A stretch of DNA of 45,430 bases, from positions 83,431 through 128,860 of the IMG/VR virus record IMGVR_UViG_2920292642_000002. One strand, 5' to 3'. Origin of the DNA: a virus. Its lineage: Duplodnaviria; Heunggongvirae; Uroviricota; Caudoviricetes. The notes beneath the pieces are model-generated. The model was not told the origin of the DNA, did no database searches, and saw nothing but the letters and a program-made list of their open reading frames with translations. Positions 40,293 through 45,430 of the stretch are shown one piece after another. Position numbers and translations under genes: made by a program. Within the stretch, counting starts at the first letter, position 1. Each line of letters begins with the position of its first letter.

Positions 40293-40955
40293 ATGGAAGG
40301 TGCTGTAAAAAGAACTACAAAACCAACTCTGGACAGAGAAGGGTGCATCGCGTTTGGCAGACGACTAAGTCATGCCAGAGAAGCAGCGGCACTCACTCAA
40401 GCAGAATTGGCGCGCCGTCTCGGGTTTTCTCGATCTGCAATTGGTCAGTGGGAACTCGGGAACACCTACCCATCCATCGACAACGTCAAAAGCCTTGCGG
40501 ATGCTGTCCGCTCGACTCCGGAATTTCTTCTCTTCGGCGTCGAGAATAGCAATCCCGAAAGAATGGCGAATGCTATCCCTTTGATCGACAAGATCGACGG
40601 CAAGGAGCGTGTCGTCACGTCTATCGTCCTGCCGAGGGACGCTCTCCAGCGCATCGGTTTGACCGGCGAGGAGAAGCTGCGGGCCGTCACCGTATTCTAC
40701 GACGACGAGATCGAAGGCATGAAGGCCGGCGACATCGTCGTGGTCAATACGGAAGACAAGGACATCCGAGGCAAGGGGACCTTCGTTCTGGACAACCACG
40801 ACCGCACGGCCATTGGTGAAGTCCAAGCGGTGCCGGGCTCCCATGACAAGATGATGCTCGTCAAGATCGGCGGCAACGACTTCGAGGTGCCGGTCGGCAG
40901 ACTGCCGATCGTCGGCCGTGTGGTCAGTAGCGTACTCGTCGGCCGGCCACACTAA
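40293..40955 (+). CDS. XRE/CI-like HTH regulator with degenerate S24-like C-terminal domain
   Basis: RLSHAREAAALTQAELARRLGFSRSAIGQWELGNTYPS...LADAV....FLLFG; C-terminal GDIVVV...IVGRVV. Confidence 0.85.
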   Translation: MEGAVKRTTKPTLDREGCIAFGRRLSHAREAAALTQAELARRLGFSRSAIGQWELGNTYPSIDNVKSLADAVRSTPEFLLFGVENSNPERMANAIPLIDKIDGKERVVTSIVLPRDALQRIGLTGEEKLRAVTVFYDDEIEGMKAGDIVVVNTEDKDIRGKGTFVLDNHDRTAIGEVQAVPGSHDKMMLVKIGGNDFEVPVGRLPIVGRVVSSVLVGRPH

Positions 40956-40956
40956 G

Positions 40957-41205
40957 TCAGGACTTGGGTACATCGATTACGCTCTGGCCGGGGTCACTCC
41001 CGGCCTTTTCGTTTCTGCACTCAACCCGCCATTCCCCCTCCTCAAGGTCGATTTCCTTGCGGGCTGCTTGGATGACAGGGTCAGACGAATCCTTGACGAC
41101 AAGGCCGCAGTACCACTTGATGGGAAGCGGACCGGTCGTCTCTTTGTCGGGGATGAGTTCAGAGGTAACCGTGCCGGCGTCCAGATCGATCGTGGTCAGT
41201 CTCAT
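40957..41205 (-). CDS. hypothetical protein
   Basis: TGATG overlap at 41203-41207 gives the start at 41205. Confidence 0.5.
   Translation of the reverse strand: MRLTTIDLDAGTVTSELIPDKETTGPLPIKWYCGLVVKDSSDPVIQAARKEIDLEEGEWRVECRNEKAGSDPGQSVIDVPKS
40986..41013 (+). terminator. Rho-independent terminator after the repressor-like gene
   Basis: GGCCGGGG-TCAC-TCCCGGCC followed by TTTTCGTT. Confidence 0.75.
41014..41027 (+). repeat. TCTGCACTCAACCC motif, copy 4
   Basis: Exact copy, antisense to the local minus-strand ORF, directly after the terminator. Confidence 0.9.
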
Positions 41206-41528
41206 CAGACGAACATCCAGAGCCCGTCTTCGTCCTCGGAGGCGAAGACACCACACGCTTCCAATTCCTCGATCTGCTCCTTGGTGATGACCTCGGCCAA
41301 CTTCCTCACGTCGACCTCAAGCCAAATTTTGTCGTGCTCGGCCGCAGTCACCATGTCCATGACGTGACCATTTTCGTTCACCTGCTCGGGCAGGATCGAC
41401 TCCAGCAGCATGAAGGCGTGCAGGTCGTTGCGCTTGGTGCCGAAGCGACCGTCGCAGGCGAAGTTGACGCCTGTGTTTGGCCGGTTGCTTGCTGCCTCGA
41501 AGGCCTCGATCATCTCGTCGACGGTCAT
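41205..41528 (-). CDS. hypothetical protein
   Basis: ATGA overlap at 41525-28; MTVDEMIEAFEAA...DMVTAAEHDKIWL. Confidence 0.7.
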   Translation of the reverse strand: MTVDEMIEAFEAASNRPNTGVNFACDGRFGTKRNDLHAFMLLESILPEQVNENGHVMDMVTAAEHDKIWLEVDVRKLAEVITKEQIEELEACGVFASEDEDGLWMFV

Positions 41529-41800
41529 ATCAACCACTCTCCAGTTTGCCAGTCGATCCGACCTTCGCGGACTTCTCTCTGCGTGTGCATGGCGTCCACC
41601 AATCGATTCCAAATCAGACGCCAATCATCCCGGATAAAAATCCGATGCAGGGACTCTAAATGATACGTAGTTGCCATTTCCCCGAACCGCACCCTGTCCC
41701 AGTTACGGGCGTCGTAGATATGCGCCACTGTCAACACGTCGCCATAATCGGCGTCGAACTCTCGCGCGATGCGCAGGAATGGGTAGCTCTCCGGCTTCAC
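41525..41800 (-). CDS. hypothetical protein
   Basis: GTGA overlap at 41797-41800; MKPESYPFLRIAREFDADYGDVL. Confidence 0.65.
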   Translation of the reverse strand: MKPESYPFLRIAREFDADYGDVLTVAHIYDARNWDRVRFGEMATTYHLESLHRIFIRDDWRLIWNRLVDAMHTQREVREGRIDWQTGEWLI

Positions 41801-42027
41801 GTCGCCACCCTCAGCCACTTCTTGCCGCTGTAGACGATCACGCCGGCCTTGCGCCACTTCTGCAACAGCCTGTCGGCCACGCGATCGGCGATCCAGTCCA
41901 TGCGGGGCACGCCAAGCTTGACCAGCACGGCACTCAGTTCGCTTGCTCTGAACGAGCGACCGACCGGAAACCATGCCGCGACCGTGTCGATCGTCGCCTG
42001 CGGGACCTCGAATCCGTTGACCTTCAT
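41797..42027 (-). CDS. small winged-helix-like hypothetical protein
   Basis: RVADRLLQKWRKAGVIVYSGKKW; coupled overlaps. Confidence 0.65.
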   Translation of the reverse strand: MKVNGFEVPQATIDTVAAWFPVGRSFRASELSAVLVKLGVPRMDWIADRVADRLLQKWRKAGVIVYSGKKWLRVAT

Positions 42028-42323
42028 AGAACCCTCTCAGACTGAACCATCTCCCAGACGCTCTCTAGGATCGCGTGCGACACCTGATCCGGGAATTTCG
42101 GATCGTCGATGATGCCTTTTTCGTTGGGTGCAGCGCTCGCATTCGTGTGCGGGTTGTCAGCGTCCCAGAACCGGTAGCGGTTGCGGATGAACATGCCGAC
42201 CGTCGAGTGGAACCGGACCATACCAGCGGCGCTCTCGACCTTGGCGATAACCTCCTTCTCCTCATCTCGAAGCTCGGAGAACAGATGCTTCGCGATCTCG
42301 TCAGGCGATGGATATTGGGTCAC
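42024..42323 (-). CDS. hypothetical protein (DUF6794-like pattern)
   Basis: H.TVGMFIRNRYRFW...PDQVSHAIL; GTG start after the AGGAG SD. Confidence 0.55.
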   Translation of the reverse strand: MTQYPSPDEIAKHLFSELRDEEKEVIAKVESAAGMVRFHSTVGMFIRNRYRFWDADNPHTNASAAPNEKGIIDDPKFPDQVSHAILESVWEMVQSERVL

Positions 42324-42481
42324 GTCGCACTCCTGTAAACACACCAACCGATGATCCCGCTGCCGATCGCCGCGAAGCATTCTCCGGCCGTTGTCGGCGG
42401 CAGGCCGGCAAGAGACACGGCGACGCTGAATAGGCACGTGCCGAAGATCGCCGAGCCCGCCACCACCTGCACCGTCGTCAC
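42320..42481 (-). CDS. 53-aa two-TM protein (not in the ORF track)
   Basis: MTTVQVVAGSAIFGTCLFSVAVSLAGLPPTTAGECFAAIGSGIIGWCVYRSAT; GTGA overlaps at both ends; GGAGG SD. Confidence 0.6.
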   Translation of the reverse strand: MTTVQVVAGSAIFGTCLFSVAVSLAGLPPTTAGECFAAIGSGIIGWCVYRSAT

Positions 42482-42771
42482 CACAAATCCTCCGAAAACA
42501 GATCAGTCATGTTGTAGTCGCGACTGCTCGTCTGCCCAGCCAGTGAGGCTATGGCGCGCGCCTCGCGCCGGCCGACGAAGCGCCCATGCGACGTGACGAA
42601 TCCCTGCTCCTCGGGGAGGATCACGAACTCAGGATTACCCTTCTGGTAGAGCGAATTGACCAGCCGGATCACTTCGCCGTGGCGCGCCGGAGGTAGGAGG
42701 GAATAAGTGCAGTTGTCGCGCTCCAGACGGACGGCTGCGGCGACGATGCACTCTTCTTCGTTCTTGTTCAT
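42478..42771 (-). CDS. hypothetical protein
   Basis: IVAAAVR...PPARH...EQGFVTSHGRFVGRREA..IA..AGQ...LFSEDLW, a common phage hypothetical pattern. Confidence 0.7.
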   Translation of the reverse strand: MNKNEEECIVAAAVRLERDNCTYSLLPPARHGEVIRLVNSLYQKGNPEFVILPEEQGFVTSHGRFVGRREARAIASLAGQTSSRDYNMTDLFSEDLW

Positions 42772-42998
42772 GTGAACTCCACCTTGTCGACGCCGGACCT
42801 GTACGCGGTGCCGCTTTTCAGGTTGATGTAGACCCGCTCACCGTCGAAGTGCATGTAACAGCCGGTGAAGGTCACGCTCGTCCCGGTATCGTCGTCTACG
42901 ACATCAACTGTGTAGGTCGCGGTAGGGTTGAACTCGTCATTGACTTGAATGAGTGCAGAGATGGTCAGTTGGGTCTCTTTGGTGACGGTGATGTTCAT
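42768..42998 (-). CDS. hypothetical protein
   Basis: ATGA overlaps; GGAG SD. Confidence 0.6.
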   Translation of the reverse strand: MNITVTKETQLTISALIQVNDEFNPTATYTVDVVDDDTGTSVTFTGCYMHFDGERVYINLKSGTAYRSGVDKVEFT

Positions 42999-43567
42999 GT
43001 GTCCGTCTCCAGATCGAAGAGCCACCTGCCATGCACAGAGTTCCTGTAGACCAAGCTGAGATCGCTCCAGCAGTAGCGGCGCAGCCTCTCCGAATGATCG
43101 ACCGGCTTGTAGAAGAGGCCCTTCAGCTTCTCCATGGTCAGAGGCTCCGGCTCTGCACTCATCTGGTTCGTTGTCGTGCCATAAAGAGCAAGCAGACTGT
43201 TTTCGAGGTACTGGAGGATGCGCTGTTCGATCGCGCTGTAGTCGATCCCAACGCCGTTTCCGTGGCGGTTGATCTCAATCGCTTCGTCGAGGTCTTGGGT
43301 GACGCGGCAGCGCCCGCCGTAGAACTCCTTGTAGACAGAGATCGCAGCCTCGTGGCGATCCCGCTTGAGTTCGTGCATCTCGAACCCGTCCATGGGTACA
43401 AGGCGTCCAGTCGGCGTCGTCTTGAACTCGATCATGGTGCCGTCGTCGAGCATCGCATCAGGTATGGGGCAGAGGTCCCAGTCGGGCCAATAAACCGGCA
43501 CGTCTAGGAAATCACACAGCGCCGAGGCCGAGACGGTTGAGAGCAGAGCATTGGTAGGGAGAGCCAT
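42995..43567 (-). CDS. hypothetical protein
   Basis: 190-aa ORF in the coupled minus-strand operon. Confidence 0.6.
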   Translation of the reverse strand: MALPTNALLSTVSASALCDFLDVPVYWPDWDLCPIPDAMLDDGTMIEFKTTPTGRLVPMDGFEMHELKRDRHEAAISVYKEFYGGRCRVTQDLDEAIEINRHGNGVGIDYSAIEQRILQYLENSLLALYGTTTNQMSAEPEPLTMEKLKGLFYKPVDHSERLRRYCWSDLSLVYRNSVHGRWLFDLETDT

Positions 43568-43571
43568 CAGA

Positions 43572-43637
43572 TCACCAGCGCAGAAGGAGGATCACGGCAA
43601 TAATCACCACGAGGGAGGGGAGGAGAATCGGGTCCAT
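43572..43637 (-). CDS. 21-aa single-TM micropeptide
   Basis: MDPILLPSLVVIIAVILLLRW; GGGGG SD; exactly fills a 73-nt gap. Confidence 0.5.
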   Translation of the reverse strand: MDPILLPSLVVIIAVILLLRW

Positions 43638-43640
43638 CAG

Positions 43641-43874
43641 TCACACCCCCTGCCACGAGATGACGACGAGGAAGACCGCCCCGTAGATGAGGTAGGCGAT
43701 GCTTGTGACCTTGAGACCGGCCCACTGAGCGTGCCCGAGGGCGAGACCCTGACTCTCCTTCTTCTCCGAGACGAGGTGGCCGAGGTAGAAGGGGAAGAAG
43801 AAGACGCAGAGAGCACCTACACCTGCGACGAGTCCTAGCGTGTTACGACCTAGTGCGAAGAGGAAATCAGACAT
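43641..43874 (-). CDS. two-TM membrane protein
   Basis: LGLVAGVGALCVFFFPFYL and VTSIAYLIYGAVFLVVISW; start at the ATG 43874. Confidence 0.65.
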   Translation of the reverse strand: MSDFLFALGRNTLGLVAGVGALCVFFFPFYLGHLVSEKKESQGLALGHAQWAGLKVTSIAYLIYGAVFLVVISWQGV

Positions 43875-44619
43875 AAGTCCAGTCCATCTGCTTCGCGAGT
43901 TCGCGGGCATGCTCGATCGAGTCCGCGACGACAGGTCGCCAGTTCTTGGACCACGATGCCGACAAACCACCTTGCTGGATAAAGAAGGCCGCATCCTTGA
44001 CGAAGGGGCCTCCACCTGTACTCGTGACGAGCACGTAGTGGGTCGGGCTATCCGCCTTGCGAAGAGGCTCTCCGACAGGGCGTACCTGACTCATGTCGAT
44101 CGTCTTGGAATCCGAGCGTATGTCGGCGTTGCGGGTGCCTCGTCTCTCCGCCTTCACGACGGCAGCGGCCAGTTCATCAAGAATCGCAGGTTCGCCTTCA
44201 TCGTGACTGCGATCCAAGCTGTCGTAGTAGGCAAGCGTCGCTTTTGCGGCAGCCAGTAGTTCAGGATCGGCGGTGCTGCTGCTGCTGCTGCTGCGTGGAT
44301 GACCGAAGTCCTTCAGCGCGAAGTCGCGGAACGCCTTCTTGTCGTGATCCCATGCGCGGAGCAGCCACTGCGACTCCGGGTGCCACTCAGTCGAGCCCCA
44401 GTAGATATGGTCCGGCGTGATCGTGCGCTCGGCCGTCTCACCCTTCCAGTTGGTGTAGGTGAGCTTGATGGAGTGCTCGACGGACATGCTGAAGGCTTTG
44501 GGAGGCTCGTGAGGGCAGCGCTGGCCAAGTCGCCGATCACACGCATTGCAGCCGCTGCGCGGGTACGACTTACCTTCAGCCTGAAGGCGGTTGCGGCAGT
44601 TGTGCGGACGGTTATCCAT
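43867..44619 (-). CDS. multidomain protein with WYL-like domain
   Basis: IKLTYTNWKGETAERTITP..IYWGSTEWHPESQWLLRAWDHDKKAFRDFALKD; N-terminal Cys cluster; poly-Ser linker. Confidence 0.7.
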   Translation of the reverse strand: MDNRPHNCRNRLQAEGKSYPRSGCNACDRRLGQRCPHEPPKAFSMSVEHSIKLTYTNWKGETAERTITPDHIYWGSTEWHPESQWLLRAWDHDKKAFRDFALKDFGHPRSSSSSSTADPELLAAAKATLAYYDSLDRSHDEGEPAILDELAAAVVKAERRGTRNADIRSDSKTIDMSQVRPVGEPLRKADSPTHYVLVTSTGGGPFVKDAAFFIQQGGLSASWSKNWRPVVADSIEHARELAKQMDWTYV

Positions 44620-44621
44620 GA

Positions 44622-44903
44622 TCAGCCCCACACCATCCAAGAGGAATAGAAGAACCAGTAGACCGGCCAGAAGATCGCCGAGATCAGCGCGGGGAAGGCA
44701 ACAGCGCGCAGAGCGAGAGCGGAGTAGACCTCCAAGGCGTGGGCGAAGGTGAGCCACGCGCCGATCATATAGGCGACGGCGAAGTAGCGACCGTCGTTGA
44801 AGATGTGCCAGAAAAGGCCCTTGGCGGTCTTCCAGATTGAGATGCGCATGCGCTGGTCCTTCTTGGCGAGCCCGAAATAGCGGGAGTATTCGTCGGCGTT
44901 CAT
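44622..44903 (-). CDS. membrane protein
   Basis: YFAVAYMIGAWLTF and AVAFPALISAIFWPVYWF. Confidence 0.65.
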   Translation of the reverse strand: MNADEYSRYFGLAKKDQRMRISIWKTAKGLFWHIFNDGRYFAVAYMIGAWLTFAHALEVYSALALRAVAFPALISAIFWPVYWFFYSSWMVWG

Positions 44904-44911
44904 GGGGAGCC

Positions 44912-45430
44912 CTAGTTGGTGATCGCGACCCAGCGGCCGGCGTGAGACGCGTCCTGCCGCTTGAGGAAGGTGTAGTTGCTTTCCGACCAGCGCTTGATCT
45001 CGTTGGTCAGGTTGTCGAGGATGAGATCGCCTTCACTGGTCCGCATCGTCAGCACGGCATGACCTTCGCCATCCGGCTTGCGCACGACCGTGATCAGGAG
45101 ATTGGAGAGCGGGACGAGTCGCGACAGCGCCTTGCGCTTCTCCAGCACGATGTCCTCGCAGTCGCCGACGTTCTGGACGGGATAGGTCCAGAACTCTTCC
45201 TGTCCGTAGGTCTCGTGGTCGGTCCTCGGGCTGACCCGCAGATTGACGCCGATGTTGATCTGCTCGATCCGCTGGAACAGCTTCTTCGTCAGGTCGATCG
45301 GTGCGGCCGGCTGCATGGGACCACACTCGGCCGGCACGCGCCGGCAGAAGTCGTAGTGACCGTACGGGATCGAGGTCTGCCCGCCGATCGACATCGCGTA
45401 GAGAGCTATGGCCGCGAGCGCCGATTCCAT
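44912..45430 (-). CDS. BTLCP transglutaminase-like cysteine peptidase (Peptidase_C93, LapG-like)
   Basis: PYGHYDFC...EC; D...YG.EEFWTYP; GDCED (Cys), GHAVL (His), ILDN (Asp). Start lies at the window edge. Confidence 0.9.
   Translation of the reverse strand: MESALAAIALYAMSIGGQTSIPYGHYDFCRRVPAECGPMQPAAPIDLTKKLFQRIEQINIGVNLRVSPRTDHETYGQEEFWTYPVQNVGDCEDIVLEKRKALSRLVPLSNLLITVVRKPDGEGHAVLTMRTSEGDLILDNLTNEIKRWSESNYTFLKRQDASHAGRWVAITN

Noticed and set aside
1-45430. CRISPR array, tRNA or tmRNA genes, integrase/att site, IS or intron
   Set aside because: I saw no regularly spaced repeat-spacer units, no cloverleaf with a T-loop consensus, no tag reading frame and no recombinase or transposase motifs. 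A tRNAscan/ARAGORN run would be needed for certainty.

Overview
This 45.4-kb window is part of a GC-rich tailed-phage (siphovirus-type) genome infecting an alphaproteobacterium, probably Rhizobiales/Hyphomicrobiales. The host inference rests on the RcGTA-like tail tip, a GapR/DUF2312 gene, a BTLCP peptidase and the Rz-type spanin. Layout: (1) 1-8.4 kb is a divergent early/accessory region with an HTH protein, DUF3846, an amino-methyltransferase, many small hypothetical and membrane proteins, and GapR. (2) 8.5-40.1 kb is a continuous + strand virion and lysis module: portal, scaffold, major capsid, decoration protein, phoH, head-tail connectors, tail tube, frameshifted chaperone, tape measure with a lysozyme domain, DUF2460/DUF2163/NlpC/central fibre, fibres, endolysin, holin, Ig-repeat and propeller proteins, and spanins. 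(3) A CI-like HTH gene lacking the autocleavage residues follows. (4) 41-45.4 kb holds minus-strand accessory genes, including a WYL-like protein and a BTLCP peptidase. I saw no terminase, integrase, replication gene, tRNA or CRISPR array. The least expected signals are non-coding: a 17-bp palindrome GTC[A/C]AG-N5-CT[T/G]GAC with 8 exact copies, 7 of them at late-module gene starts; an asymmetric 14-mer TCTGCACTCAACCC found 4 times in the same genomic orientation regardless of frame or gene direction; and three intergenic RNAs with pseudoknot or kissing-loop potential (7050-7218, 11548-11727, 19177-19272). All family assignments come from motif recognition by eye, not from database searches.
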